From Eledone cirrhosa (lineage: Eukaryota): a DNA stretch of 64,000 bases. The translations under genes and the position numbers were made by a program. The DNA lies in the NCBI GenBank assembly GCA_964016885.1, contig OZ024757.1:16058001-16122000 (forward strand), written 5' to 3'. Shown here one piece after another: positions 43,271 to 60,328 of this stretch. The notes below the pieces were generated by a model. The model was not told the origin of the DNA and made no database searches. It saw only the letters and a list, made by a program, of their open reading frames with translations. Each line of letters opens with the position of its first letter. Positions within the stretch are counted from its first letter, which is position 1.

Positions 43271-43357
43271 TATATATATATAGAAATATATATATATATA
43301 GAAATATATATATAGAAATATATATATAGAAATATATATATAGAAATATATATATAG

Positions 43358-43440
<83 letters not shown>

Positions 43441-43640
43441 AATATATATATATATAAATATATATATATATAAATATATATATATAGTAATGGCTTCTAC
43501 AGGACTAGAACTGTTTGATGCGAAGGAAATCATTAGGAAAGCCCATTCACACACACAGATATATATATATTTAATTAGAAAGTGAACAACACAATATATG
43601 ACTACTCCATTACCAATGGTTTCTGGATCCTATGAACGAT

Positions 43641-43696
43641 CTGATGAACGATCCAGACATATTAATATTGTCTGGGATCCAGAAACCTTTTGTAAT
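43641..43696 (+). ncRNA. Degenerate hammerhead inside inverted repeat 43568-43736 (family H)
   Basis: CUGAUGA-..GAUCCAGACA/UGUCUGGGAUC..-GAAACC uuu uGUA. The inverted arm preserves GAAACC auu GGUA; the 5' strand of stem I is missing. Confidence 0.5.
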
Positions 43697-43868
43697 GGGG
43701 TAATTATATTTTGTGTTGTTCACTTTCTAATTAAATAGTCCTGTTCTATACATTCAGTTCAGCACTCTTTTTTTCTTTGCTTTTTCTTCGGAATTACCTA
43801 ACACCCCCAAAAAAACACACACACACACATACACACAGATACACAGATACACACACACACTCACACAG

Positions 43869-43917
<49 letters not shown>

Positions 43918-43975
43918 TGTTCCTGTGATATAGGTCGGTAGAGTTTATAGTATTGATCTAATTCCTCTTTATAAC

Positions 43976-44020
43976 GCACTGATGAGTCCTGCAATTATGC
44001 AAGGACGAAACACTGTCAGC
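43976..44020 (+). ncRNA. Type I hammerhead ribozyme (family A relative)
   Basis: GCa-CUGAUGA-GUCCUGCA auua UGCaAGGAC-GAAAC acu GUC^AGC, with one stem I mismatch. It is followed by the TAAGCGCTCTTTGTT tail shared with family A. Confidence 0.75.
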
Positions 44021-44065
44021 AGATAAAGATTAATTGATGATGTAAGCGCTCTTTGTTTTTGTTCC

Positions 44066-44094
<29 letters not shown>

Positions 44095-44098
<4 letters not shown>

Positions 44099-44340
44099 GG
44101 TTTTGCCTCCTTGATGATCTCGATTATGTGTTCCACGCCAGTCTGCAGTCTAACCCTCGTTTTGCTCTTCCTGACATGTAAGCTGATGCCGAGCATGATT
44201 CGCTCCATATTAGGCTGAACCACTAGAAGTGTCTCTACAATGGTGATGTTGAATGCCTACGTCTGTTTGCTGTGAGACAACAACTATTCATTGGACATAG
44301 ACGATGAAGACTCCATAGAACAAACATGCCCATATCTTGA
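44095..44340 (-). mobile_element. RTE LINE fragment
   Basis: VQPNMERIMLGISLHVRKSKTRVRLQTGVEHIIEIIKEAK. Confidence 0.7.
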
Positions 44341-44985
44341 TAACAGAGACACCTCGGGCCTTAGTATGACTTAACCGAACGACGGTTGGAAATTATCAGA
44401 TTAAATCAGCAAATAAGTCAGTGCGAGAGCAACCAACGAATTGGCGAATGAAAAACGACAACACAATAATTGTTTCTACTATTGGCACAAGACCAGCAAT
44501 TACCCAGACAACACAATAATGATAAACTAAATACAACAGACTATCACTGTCAAATAACCTTTAGAGACAGGTCAACGAAAGTGATATTTGCAGAGGAAAC
44601 AGTGACGCCAGACCAATGAAAGTACAACATTGAAACATGGCATCGAAGTAAAACAACACTAGAGTTACAAGGAAATTAATTCATCTTAAATGTATAAGAA
44701 AAATCGGTATACATCAATATTCCGACAAACGTAATCGTATTCACGTATATCTGTATATATGTGTGTCTGTGTGTATGTGTGTACCTGTATTGTATGTATA
44801 TTTATAGATATATATGTATATATATTTATATACTGTATATGTATATATATTTATATTATGTATATATATTTATATTATGTATATATATTTATATTATGTA
44901 CTTGGTTATATACGTGTGAGAGAGAGAGAAATAGGGGGAGAGAGAGAGAGAGAGAGAGAAAAAAATAGGGAGAGAGAGAGAAATG

Positions 44986-45020
<35 letters not shown>

Positions 45021-45380
45021 GACATGCAAACATTCAATACAGAGACATATACACCTGAAGCTCCTCTCTCACGAACACACACAAATATACATATATAAAT
45101 ATCTAATAACATGAAATGTTCTCCAAGAAAGCCAAACTGGAAATCTTTACGACACAATAATTATGAAGAATATAAAATTCTTGAAAACGTCAGGCAATTC
45201 TGGTTTAGATTTCTGTCCATCGGTGTAATTGGTATTCAATGTCTTACAATGGAAGAACTTGGGAGATTTCATTGGTAATTAACATAACTGGTGTAGTTAC
45301 TGGTGGTGATATTGGTGAAACAAGACAAACCAAAAATAGGGCCATTTTCTTTCTCCCTCCCTCCTTTCTCTCCAGGTATA

Positions 45381-45431
<51 letters not shown>

Positions 45432-45434
45432 TAT

Positions 45435-45665
45435 ATTGTTATACTTTGGGTGGGTCATGTTGCCAATAAGAAACACACGCACCAGTTGCTTTCACTTCAA
45501 TTTATTATAATAAATTGAAGTGAAAGCAACTGGTGCATTTATAAATTTAGGAATTTATAAATTTCCGGTTGGTTGGTTGGTTCCACAACCAGATGGTTGT
45601 TTATATATTGTCAAAGTTCTTTCGTCACACATTCTGTGAACTTTTCAGTGACTGGGGTTCTTTTC
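45435..45665 (-). mobile_element. Solo Penelope pLTR fragment (family B) with mutated HHR (45610-45652) and internal palindrome (45479-45536)
   Basis: Reverse complement of ~7455-7660; core reads CUGAAAA (G8 lost). Confidence 0.85.
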
Positions 45666-45825
45666 TATGTATATATATACATATATGTGTGTGTATAGGA
45701 AAATGTTTGACCCCGACTCTAGAGCTCAAGCCGTTTCGAGGCTATTTCTGGTGGACTCTACTACCCTAAGTATTGAGTACTCTGGTGCGTTATGGTCCAT
45801 CTGGTTGCTTACCACACCTCCTTCG

Positions 45826-45859
<34 letters not shown>

Positions 45860-46255
45860 CATATATATATATTCATATGTACATATAGATATGTGCATAT
45901 ACATACATATATATATATCTATATATAAATATTGCATATATATATATATAGTCATATATACATAGAGAGATAAGCATATACAGTATATGTGTATCTGTAT
46001 ATTCATAATCACGTACATAGATATATACATATCTATATACATACGTGTGTAATGATAGCGTTTCAGTCCGACAAGCAATAAAGTGTGGGTTCAAGACCCA
46101 GAGTGGCTTATGCCCACTTTGTACATTGGGAAGGGGGTGGCTTTTATATTCCTATCATTAGATTATTTTTCTATAGGAAACATAATTCGATGTAGTTTCT
46201 GAACGTTGTGTGTGTGTGCGTGTGCGTGTGCGTGTGCGTGTGCGTGTGCGTGTGC

Positions 46256-46289
<34 letters not shown>

Positions 46290-46850
46290 CCATCGATAAT
46301 GTCGTTTGCTCACTCTGTGCTGTGATTGAAATGAACTATATGTGAGATATGTGTGTAACTACAGTTACAGGCGGTGCGCCGTTGAAGCACTCGATGCAGT
46401 TACGATGTCCGTCTCTTGTTGGTTGGGTTCCAGAGTTAATGTCGCTGTAGTGTGCAGAGTGTAAATATAAGTAAGTAGCATCAAAATCTATGTTGCAGCA
46501 GATATCTATATACTACTAAAACTCCGTATGGGCTAGTCTGTATTTTAATACAGCCAAAACGGCGGATAATGGAAAAACAAATTTCACGTAAATCGGAGCA
46601 CAGGCTCCCGAAATACGGGGTTTTTCCGGGTACCTTCATAAATAGAGAGAGAAAAGGAGAAGAAGAAAGAGATAGTGGTTGTGAGGGAGTAGATTGAAAG
46701 AGAGACATATAGAGAGAATATGTATACACACACACACAGACTAGCAACTGCTAATTTTTGGCCGCCTTCTCGTCTTGGGCATTTCTCTCTGCTTTTCAGC
46801 CCCTTGGCTTGTGTCTATTATTATATTCCTTTGTTGGATAAATTTCGGAA

Positions 46851-46905
46851 TACCTGATGATGTCACTGGATTCATACTCAAGCGGTCATTGAAATGTTCA
46901 TAGTA
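46851..46905 (+). ncRNA. Degenerate type I hammerhead (family I)
   Basis: UAC-CUGAUGA-imperfect stem II-GAAAUG uu CAUA^GUA. Confidence 0.55.
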
Positions 46906-47165
46906 TAATAAATCTTTAAGGAAGTAAACCAGTCCATCTTCCTGTTATTTTATTATTATATATATATATATATATGTGTGGGCCTTCCAAATTCATTTTA
47001 GCTTATATACATGTCTGTGTATATTTTAATTATTTAAAAAATATATAACATTGAAAGAGATAGAAGGCTAAACAATGCAAAATGGACACTAATATGAGAT
47101 AACGAAATGTAAAAGTAAGTTACCTGGTAATCTTTGTTTTGTTTCGAATTGTTGTTCTTTTATCT

Positions 47166-47203
47166 GTCCAATATTTCGGGAGCTAAAAGTCCTTCATCAG
47201 GGC
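47166..47203 (-). ncRNA. Possible minimal hammerhead (family J)
   Basis: Minus: gCC-CUGAUGA-aGGA...UCCc-GAAAUAUU^GGac; stems weak. Confidence 0.4.
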
Positions 47204-47329
47204 TTTAAGTTAACATGATTTTTTTTTGTATATTTTTATGTGAACGTGACGCAACGCGACACGGGTGATTTAGTAATATATAAACTTTATTGTCATATTA
47301 CAATGGTTTCATTATTAACCAGCTCAGGG

Positions 47330-47675
47330 TACAATCAAAATGACAGGGGCCGACTCTTCGTCGATATTTCCTCAAATATGTCAGTTTATATGTGCAAAGA
47401 CACATCCAAACTTTTCACAGAGCTCCCGAGATCCTTTAAGGTGGATATGAACGCACGCATTTATGATATCTCAATATACATCTGTACTGTGAACGACTTT
47501 ATGTTAGTCTACAACTAATTAATCACAGCCATGTAAATCACACACAATAAGTAGAGGCAATTCTTCAGCAAATGTTTGATACGCAAAAGCTATATAAACT
47601 ATAGTTTATTTTAAATCATGATGATGCAACGATGATGGATAAACACCCTGAAACACGAGATGGTTGTAACAAGAT
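47330..47675 (+). pseudogene. Highly degenerate Penelope GIY-YIG remnant
   Basis: Fragments VYMCKDTSKLFTE..KVDMNARIYD / LNIHLYC / VEAI resemble a PLE endonuclease, followed by an eroded HHR-like stretch. Confidence 0.35.
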
Positions 47676-48116
47676 AACAGCTTAAAACCCTCATAGCGAA
47701 ACATGTTTATACCATTATAACCACATCGGCTATAAATAACGCTATGTTAGTGCTACCGATAATACAAACTCACACGCATACACACACGCACGCATTATAT
47801 ATATATAATGCGTGCGTGTGTGTATAGAGTTACGGTCCTTGCCATTCTGAGTTCAAATCCCGCCGAGGTTAACTTTGCCTTTCATCCTTACGGGGTCGAT
47901 AAAATAATGTACCAGTAATGCACTGCGTAATTGCTGGCCTTGTGCCAAAAGTAGAAACAATTATATATATATATATATATATACATATACACACATATAT
48001 ATATATATATATATACACATATATATATATATATACACACACACATATATATATATACACACACATATATATATACACACATATATATATATATACACAC
48101 ATATATATATACACAC

Positions 48117-48147
<31 letters not shown>

Positions 48148-48363
48148 TATATATATATATACATACACACACACATATATATATATATACACACACATAT
48201 ATATATATATATTTATATATATATATATACACACACACATATACATGCATTTATATGAATATACACGTGTCCATGATATATAAATATATATACATATCAA
48301 AGTATACATGTATATATATACATACATATACATACAAATGCATACATATACACACATATATGT

Positions 48364-48402
<39 letters not shown>

Positions 48403-48410
48403 TATATGTA

Positions 48411-48444
<34 letters not shown>

Positions 48445-48511
48445 CACACATATATGTATATATATATACATATATACACACATATATGTATATATATATA
48501 CATATATATAC

Positions 48512-48544
<33 letters not shown>

Positions 48545-49029
48545 ATTCTAAATTTAATTAGTTACTCCAGGTATAATCCATGTCAATATAATTAACAGTG
48601 CATATCATGATGAACAATGAAGGCTGCTAACCAATATCTGTTGACTTCTTCACTTCGCCCACGACTTCCGCCATTTTTTCGCCGCCATTACAAACATAAT
48701 CTACTAAATTTAATATTCTAAAAACACCACACTATTCTGTTCAATAACGGAACGAACTGATATATCTTGTAATCCCGAAAACAAGGTTGATTATTAAATT
48801 TATGTAATTAACTTTAAAACCATAAAAAAATGGAAGATAGTACATACATATATGAACGCATACATATTTATATATATGTATCCACTCATATTTACAAATA
48901 CATATTCACACACATACATACATACATACACATGCGTACGTACATACAATATATATATATATATATATATATATTCACATACATATACATATTCACACAC
49001 ATACATACATACATATGCGTACGTACATT

Positions 49030-49067
<38 letters not shown>

Positions 49068-49369
49068 ACACATACATATACACATGTATACGCACATACA
49101 CATATATATATTTGTATATTCACACATACATATACACATGTATACGCACATACACATGTATACGCACATACACATGTATACGCACATACACATATATAAA
49201 TATGTATACAAATATGAGTATACAGATTATATATATATATATATATATATATATACAAATATGTACACACTCAGGTATATATATATATATTGCCAATTCA
49301 ACTTTTCAAATACAAGTCGATGTTGTACGGTATGTCAAATCTATTTATCTATAAAACTGTTTATATTGT

Positions 49370-49433
49370 ATTTTGTCTGAGGAAGGCATAGCATATTGTT
49401 AATATGATATCCCTGAAATATATATAATGAAAT
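49370..49433 (+). ncRNA. Type I hammerhead ribozyme (family K)
   Basis: AUUUUGU-CUGAGGA-AGGcAUAgCAUAUU guu AAUAUGaUAUcCCU-GAAAUAUAUAUA^AUGAAAU. Confidence 0.8.
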
Positions 49434-49566
49434 AAATATGGTTTTATAAATATAGTTTCCATTTATTTAATATCGTAAATATACTCCAAATACTTGTCGA
49501 GTGCTTTTATATCAGTTATTAATATTTACTAGTTGTAACCCAACAATTTAAATATAACTTTCCATG

Positions 49567-49601
<35 letters not shown>

Positions 49602-49809
49602 TAAAATTAAAATTTTATTTCTCGCCCTAACACAGCTGATACATAAATCTAAGTATGCACACGTACACAGATACACATATACACACATATATACACACAC
49701 ATATATATATATATATACATACACACACATACATATATACACACGCACACATATATACATACACACGCACATATATACATACACACACACATATATATAT
49801 ACATACACA

Positions 49810-49849
<40 letters not shown>

Positions 49850-49982
49850 CATACACACACACACATACATATATACATACACATACACATATATACATAC
49901 ACACACACATATATATACATACACACATATATATACATACACACACACACACACAAACATATATACATACACATATATATAT

Positions 49983-50057
<75 letters not shown>

Positions 50058-50066
50058 CACACAAAG

Positions 50067-50106
<40 letters not shown>

Positions 50107-50299
50107 AAAAATAAACCTCATTTGGTCATTCCACGAGAGTATCTTAGTCATGCCATGAATTTGTCAGTCGGCCCTCATGAACTAAGGATCCAACACTAGG
50201 GAAGGGATAGATTCTTCCTCTATCCCTCTGCAATACTGTCTCTCGCTCACTCACTTCCCCCTCAAAGAAATCGGAGACACACACACATACATATACACA

Positions 50300-50590
50300 T
50301 GTGACTTAGTGGTGAAGGTGTTCAGCTGACGGTTGTAAGGGGACGCGAGTTCGATATCTTGACTCCGGGCGGGGTGTGGTTTCCTGGAGCAAGATACTTT
50401 ACATTATCTTGCTCCAGTCGACTTAGCAGGCAAACATGAATAGCAGCTGCTATTCATATGGCCAGCGGTGTCACACATTCTGTCACGCTGAATCTCCCTG
50501 AGAACAACGCGTCTCTGAAAGAGCCAGCCACTTACACATTAATTTCACTAGCAGGCTGTTCCGTTGATTGAATCAACCGGAGTCTCATCT
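50300..50590 (+). mobile_element. tRNA-derived CORE-type SINE; relatives at 52680-53035 and 61076-61335
   Basis: A box TGACTTAGTGG, B box GAGTTCGATATC, core TTCCTGGAGCAAGATACTT. Confidence 0.75.
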
Positions 50591-50634
50591 TAGGAAATGA
50601 CTGTGTATGTATATATATATATATGTATACACAG

Positions 50635-50669
<35 letters not shown>

Positions 50670-50919
50670 TATATACAAGCATAGAAAGACATATATATAT
50701 ATTTATATATAAAAATATACACATACAAGCATAGAAAGACATACATTATATATATATATATATACGTACATACATACAAGCATAGAAAGGCACACACATA
50801 TATATATACATACACACACATACATATAAATATAAACACACGCACGCACAATACACACACACACATATATATATATATATACATACACACACATACATGC
50901 ATACATAGACATTTGCATG

Positions 50920-50951
<32 letters not shown>

Positions 50952-50974
50952 TACATGCATAGACATTTGCATGC

Positions 50975-51005
<31 letters not shown>

Positions 51006-51580
51006 ACGAAGGAAATGTGGTAAGGAACCAGGTGGACCATAACGCACCAAAGTACTCAATACTTAGGGTAGTAGAGTGGGTAATAGGAACGAGTAGGGGC
51101 CGACGGCTGAGCTCAAGCCGTTTCGACGGCTAGTTCTGGACTCAGCCGTCCAGAATTAGCCGTCGAAACGGCTTGAGCTCAGCCGTCGGGGTCCTACTCG
51201 TTCCTATATATATAGATATATATATATATATACACACACACTTACTGTCTATCTATCCCTCTAACATTCAAATTACCACTCATCCTATCGCTATATTTGC
51301 TCCCATCTCATCTACAATCCATACAAACAGATTCATTACTATCCGACCCACTAACATGTGTTATTGAGATTAACTAAGAAAAAATATAATAATGTGATAT
51401 AACAGCTGAGAAAAAATACAATTATTTGATGTTCTTTAATTAAATTAGAAATGTTTCAATTGTAACTAGCTTCTACTGACTTCTATATTTTCCTGTTTTG
51501 CATTTTTAAATCGTATTTTCTTTCTTCTTCTACTTATTTGTCAATACTTGGAGATACATCTCCCTCCGGGCTGTTTTCTG

Positions 51581-51632
<52 letters not shown>

Positions 51633-52281
51633 ATATATTTTTTTAATCGATCGACTTTCGTCAAATCGGACCGAGGAAACAATGTTCCGTTGGTCTTTCC
51701 AGTTGCTAATACTATCTATCGGTCGCAACTCCAGGTAGAAGGAGCAACGTGAAATGAAGTGCCTTGCTCAAGGACATAACGCATCGCCCGGTCCGGGAAT
51801 CGAACTCACAACCTCAAGATTGTGAATCCAATTCTCTAACCACTCAGCCACACGCCTTCACAGTTATATATATATATATATATATATAACTAGGCGTCCC
51901 CTCTCCCTACTGGCTTCTCCCACCACCATTGCCATCTCCCCCTCCTCCAGCAGATCTCAACCTTATTACTTCTGCATTCATACATGGTCCCGCATCTCCT
52001 GGTGGAGTCTTGGCGCCGCCGTGGTGCCATACGGCGTTTCTTGGGCATTTTAGAGCCTGGCGAAATATCATCACTCTCCAGGTCTGAATATATCAGATTT
52101 CTTCCAGAGAATGATAGAAAGTCAAGTATGAGAGAAGTGAAGTGTGATAGAGATATAGAGGAAGAATTGACCTTAGTACTTGACTGCAACATTGTTATCG
52201 ACCTCGAAGGGATGAAAAGCAAAGTTGGCCTCGGTGGGATTTGAACTCAGAGAGCAGAAAGCCGGAACAAATACCGTAAAT

Positions 52282-52484
52282 CAGGCATGTGAAACATGCA
52301 GCCCTTTAAAAAACACACCTGCTGTCCGCACAATGGCTTTTACATACAACGCGAGCATGTTTTATCTTGGTAAAATTAGTTGTACTGTGCGCATTTAGTT
52401 GTCGTGTGTGGCCCTCAGACAACACAGATGTGATCCATGTGGGCCTCAGGGGACCCTCAGCGGACCCTCAGTTTGACATGCCTG
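52282..52484. mobile_element. hAT MITE inserted in a SINE
   Basis: TIRs CAGGCATGT / ACATGCCTG; 8-bp flanks CCGTAAAT / CCGCAAAG (6/8 match). Confidence 0.8.
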
Positions 52485-53469
52485 CCGCAAAGCATTCTAT
52501 CTTATGTTCTAACGACTCTGCCAATTCATCACCTTCTTATTCCCTCTGACATTTGCTATAAACTATAAACATGACATACGTTACTTCTTTCTCCCCTCAA
52601 ATTAAAAATGTTTCACTCCTATATAATATATGGGTGCCGGACAGACTGACGTTGAAATAGGCCCTCTTTTATAGTATAGATATGAGGATGAATGGGTAAG
52701 AAGTCCGCTTCACAATCATTGGGTCCCGTGTTCGATTCCATTGTAGGGTATCGGATCCAAGTGACGTTTATCATGGTACCGGGTCGACACAAGCCTTGTC
52801 AGTTAACCCGGGTAGACGAAACCTTAGATAAACTGTACCTGTAATTGAAAAGGCCAAACTTTTCTTCACATTGTGATATATTGAATCTCCCTGAGAATTA
52901 CATTTAAGGATATACATTTCTATGGAAACTCAGCCACTTACACTATATTACAAGATTGTACTTGTAATTGGAAGGGCCAGCCTGAGCACTCTGTTAAGGT
53001 ACACGTGTCTGTGGCAACCTCAGCCACTCGTTAATTTGAGGAGTAGGATGTTTCATTGCTCAAACAATTAAAATATTCAGTCGAAAGCAACTGAGGTACA
53101 TTCAATTCATTATGTACATGGTTGTATATGTGTGTGAGTGTTTGTATGTGCAGGAGTGCACATGTGTAGGCATGTGTGTGTGTATATATATATACATGTG
53201 TGTGTGTATATGTATGCGTGTGTGTATGTATATGTGTGGGCATGTGTGTATGCATATACGCGTGTATGTGCATGTATATATGTGTGGTTTTGTGTGTATG
53301 TGCGTGTATGAGTGAATATGTGTGCGTCTGTACGTATGTATTCGTTCGTAATGAATAAATCGGTCTTTGCAGATGAGAAAAAAGCGAAAACTCCATATTT
53401 GTCGGGCGAATCTAATGACCTCGTATCGACCTGTTTGATTCCATTGCTTCAATTAATCAATCATATTGC

Positions 53470-53830
53470 CGCAACTTGAGCGACCAGTCCCTGGGGTGCC
53501 ACTCTAGACGGTATCATAGTCAGCTGACCTTATTGGTCTCTACTCTCCGTCATGCGTAGAAGGCTCTCGGTATTATGACCAGTCCAGTTTCTGATATTGT
53601 TGGACCAGGATTTTCTTTGTCTGCCTCTTCTTCGCCGTAGCTTGACTGTTCCCCGAAGGACTGTTTCAGACAAGGAATTGTGGCATGATATATGACCACA
53701 CCAGGGAAGCTTCAGTCTTTTCACCAACGCAAGGAGTGGTTATGCCTGCATATTTGTTAACTTGTTGCCTGACAAAGATGTTTGTTTTGTGTTCCATATA
53801 CAAGATGTGTATTCAATTTAATACACGAAC
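53470..53830 (-). mobile_element. RTE-1/BovB-type LINE 3' fragment
   Basis: VKRLKLPWCGHISCHNSLSETVLRGTVKLRRRRGRQRKSWSNNIRNWTG. Confidence 0.85.
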
Positions 53831-54148
53831 GTTAAACCCAGGGCTGTTCCCTTGCGTGATTCAGAAGACGCCAGATACGAAGTAACTCTCGTGAGAAGGA
53901 GAGACATAACCGAAACAGCCCTCTACAATACCTCCAATGAGACTGAACATAGTAAACAAGGTTAAAGTCATTTCTTTTATATCTACACTAGATTGAGACA
54001 GGGCGATGTGTAACAAGTAACTTTTGTTAATTAATTAAAAATATTCGTTCGTGGCGTGAGAAGGGTGCGAACTCAAACCCAGATATTTGGTTTTACTGAC
54101 ATTATATAGAGGTAAGTATATATATATATATATATATAAATATATATA

Positions 54149-54285
54149 CAGGTAAAATTCTGTTATAACGAATACCATTATTACAACGAATTTTTCAATA
54201 CCTGGCCACACGCTCGATGTGTTTCGGTCGATCAAGCAGCAACGAATTTATTTTATACCCTGTGAATTTCGTTCTAACGTAATTC

Positions 54286-54290
<5 letters not shown>
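54149..54290. mobile_element. pogo/Tigger-type MITE
   Basis: Imperfect TIRs CAGGTAAAATTCTGTTATAACGAA / TTCGTTCTAACGTAATTCCACTA, in TA. Confidence 0.6.
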
Positions 54291-54349
<59 letters not shown>

Positions 54350-54480
54350 ATTTGAAGACTAAAATCAAAAGAGGGCTCGACAAGGATAAATATATATCAA
54401 ATATATAAGAACTGTAGAAGATCCCGTTAAGGATGAAAGCAGCGATTCTTTGCTTAAACTTTAATCTGTTATTTTAATAA

Positions 54481-54520
<40 letters not shown>

Positions 54521-54689
54521 CTCCACATAATGTTAACCCGAATATTTCAATGGAACTCTATTAAACTGACCCAGGAAGGGCGACAGGCAAAATTGGCCTT
54601 GGAAGATATAAACGGATGTTACTAAATACGGTACAGACGATACAGTATAAAAGAATGGTTTATATAGCAATGACTATAAAAAAAAACAT

Positions 54690-55265
54690 ATAATAAATTT
54701 CGCAAAAGTGGGGATACCTCCGAGGGTCACTGGTGGAGAAAGCACACAAAAAACCCCGGTATCCTTGACCGCTAAGGCAAATGCTCTCTCAGTTTTTCCT
54801 CTAGTTTGCAGGCACATACTCAGAGCAAGCCCACTCACTCGGACCATGTTCGCCTCTCTCATCCACCTTTCAACAAGCTGATTGGAACGCCGCACTTCCC
54901 TTTCCACCCTGATTTTTCTCTGCGGGCGAAACCTGAAACAGTTAATTAGGGCTTTCCCGAAGAGGAAAGTGATTGTCTTCATCCCTTCAAACAAGATCGC
55001 TCGCTTTCGCTATGGCCACCAGGCAGATAAAAACTGCTTGTCTTGACCCTCTAAAGAAAGAACTTCGTTGATAGTTGGATCCGTCAAACGCGTGACAACA
55101 AGTGTTCGACGTAAACCCACAAGGGAGCAAAGCTTAGACACTGAACGAGTGCGTGCAGGACGTTTTCGTCGCCCTGCGTGCGTCTAGGACAGGCCCTGCT
55201 GACGGCACTCCCATGTCTGAGTTTATCTCGAAATGGCAAAGCTCCTCGGTATCTCCTGACAAGCG
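54690..55265 (-). mobile_element. Tx1/L1-clade LINE 3' fragment (zf-RVT region)
   Basis: YRGALPFRDKLRHG...CPRRTQGDENVLHALVQC...LWVYVEHLL and downstream RKIRVERE...VERW. Confidence 0.75.
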
Positions 55266-55449
55266 AGGGATTTGACAATAATAGGCAAAACAATAATTAT
55301 TGCAACTTTAGGCGAGAGAGAGAGGGACATCAAGTATACTTCTCTCTCTCTCTGTGTAGGCATATTTAAAACAAAATATCTGTTTGAGTGTGTATATATA
55401 TATATATTAAACCTATATACATATATATACATACACCTATATATACATG

Positions 55450-55661
55450 CTCACCTACATCCAGAGTTGACATTGCACTCAGTGCTCCTGTGGAAGACCA
55501 TACATGGACACACTGGAAGAGGAAGACCAAGGTTAACGTATGTTGATGCCCTAAGGACAGACACTGGTCTGTTGGAGACGCAGGACATGGCAGCGATAAT
55601 GAGGGACAGAGACCTCTGGAGAGAACTCGTCCATGGATCTCGGGAATTTTACACGCCCTAG
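55450..55661 (+). mobile_element. RTE-clade LINE 3' end; shorter copies at 38078-38153 (-) and 60330-60454 (+)
   Basis: [58 protein letters not shown]. Confidence 0.85.
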
Positions 55662-55717
55662 ATACATATATATTTATTTATGTGTTCATGTATATATGTC
55701 TGTATATACGTATTTAT

Positions 55718-55752
<35 letters not shown>

Positions 55753-55783
55753 AGATCAAAAGATGGTTAAAAGAGTTCTAAGT

Positions 55784-55852
55784 ATTTTATTATGCGCATT
55801 TCAAAAACAAATATCATCATGGGATGATATCTGCGTTCTCATCAGATAAAAT
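55784..55852 (-). ncRNA. Type I hammerhead ribozyme (family D)
   Basis: Minus: AUUUUAU-CUGAUGA-GAACGCAGAUAUCAUC..GAUGAUAUUUGUUUUU-GAAAUGCGCAUA^AUAAAAU. Confidence 0.85.
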
Positions 55853-56134
55853 AGGGAGACATGATATGAAGCTTCAAAAACACTTGTGAATAGTGAAGTT
55901 TTAAATCAACTCTGCTCCTACATATATATATATATATATAGCAATTATCCAGTGCATTACTGGTACTCTATTTTATCGACCCCGTAAGGATTAAAGACAA
56001 AGTCAACCTCGGCGGGATTTGAACTATACATTATGAAGAGACAAGAAACATTACATATAATTAGTAATAAGATATATCATACCTAAACTGCTTCTATAGT
56101 CCCCGACTATATATATATATATAGTCGGGGACTA

Positions 56135-58800
<2,666 letters not shown>

Positions 58801-58841
58801 TACATATATAAGATCAAAAGCTGGTTAAAAGAGTTCCAAGT

Positions 58842-58910
58842 ATTTTATTATGCGCATTTCAAAAACAAATATCATCATGGGATGATATCTGCGTTCTCAT
58901 CAGATAAAAT
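58842..58910 (-). ncRNA. Type I hammerhead ribozyme (family D)
   Basis: Same sequence as 55784-55852. Confidence 0.85.
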
Positions 58911-59124
58911 AGGGAGACATGAAGCTTAAAAATCACTTGTGATTCGTGAAGTTTTAAATCAACTCTCCTCCTACATATATATATATATATATATAAATAT
59001 ATATATTACATATATATATAATACAATATGAAGAGAGAAGAAACATTACATATAATTAGTAATAAGATATATCATACCTAAACTATATATACCCCGACTA
59101 TATATATATATATATGTTGGAATT

Positions 59125-59177
<53 letters not shown>

Positions 59178-60287
59178 GAATTTCTATTTATATATATATA
59201 TAGATATATATGTTTAAATTCCTCTATATATATATATATATATATATAGTTGGAATTCCTCTTATTAATATAATCTTCTATACAGAATCATACACACCCG
59301 TGTATATTTACCTATATATATATATATATATACACATCAATATTTATGTACACAGGCATACACACACACATAATAACATGAACGCGTGAGTGTGTATACG
59401 CGTGAGTGTGTATTTATAAATATATATATATATATAGAGAGAGAGACATATGTGTGTATGTATGTATATGCCTGTGTGCTGTGACAACGTGTAGATACAA
59501 GCTACACTGCAGCGTTCCTGGTGCAAGGGAAATAATTCCGTTTTTAAATCATGTTATGATAAAAAAGTGTAAATCTAAATGTACGATGATATCGTGTTGT
59601 TAGCAGTAGCTGCAGGCGACAAGGCTTTAACGTACATTTCATATAGATATTAATAACGAATATATATATATATATATATAGGAGTAAGTAAGACCCCGAC
59701 GGCTGAGCTCAAGCCATTTCGACGGCTAATTCTGTACTGAATGAAAAATCAGTTCTGGTATTTAAATAGCCGAACTTGTCAAGGGGCAATTCCATATATG
59801 GTCAAAGAGTTAATCACCAGGATTGGTCATCCCGCAAGGTAGTAGTAATTCTGCGATGGCAAGTTGGTGGGGGAGGTAGCCAAACCTGCCAGTAGGAGAA
59901 AAGGGGAGAGGGGGCGGAGTAGACCCATTCATGCGCTGGTGGTGCCAGCTACAGCTGGGTGTGAGGTCAAAGAGGACGCCGGAGAGGGGGAGGGGGAGGA
60001 GGTCAAAACGGTAAGTAGAACGATGAAAATGTAAAACTGTAAAAGGTACTGAGAGAGAAAAGAATATATATATATATATATATATATAACGAAGGAAATG
60101 TGTCAAGGAACCAGGTGGACCATAACGCACCAAAGTACTCAATACTTAGGGTAGTAGAGTAGGTAATAGGAACAAGTAAGACCCCGACGGCTGAGCTCAA
60201 GCCGTTTCGACGGCTAATTCTGTACTCAATTAGTACAGAATTAGCCGTCGAAACGGCTTGAGCTCAGCCGTCGGGGTCTTACTTGTT

Positions 60288-60328
<41 letters not shown>

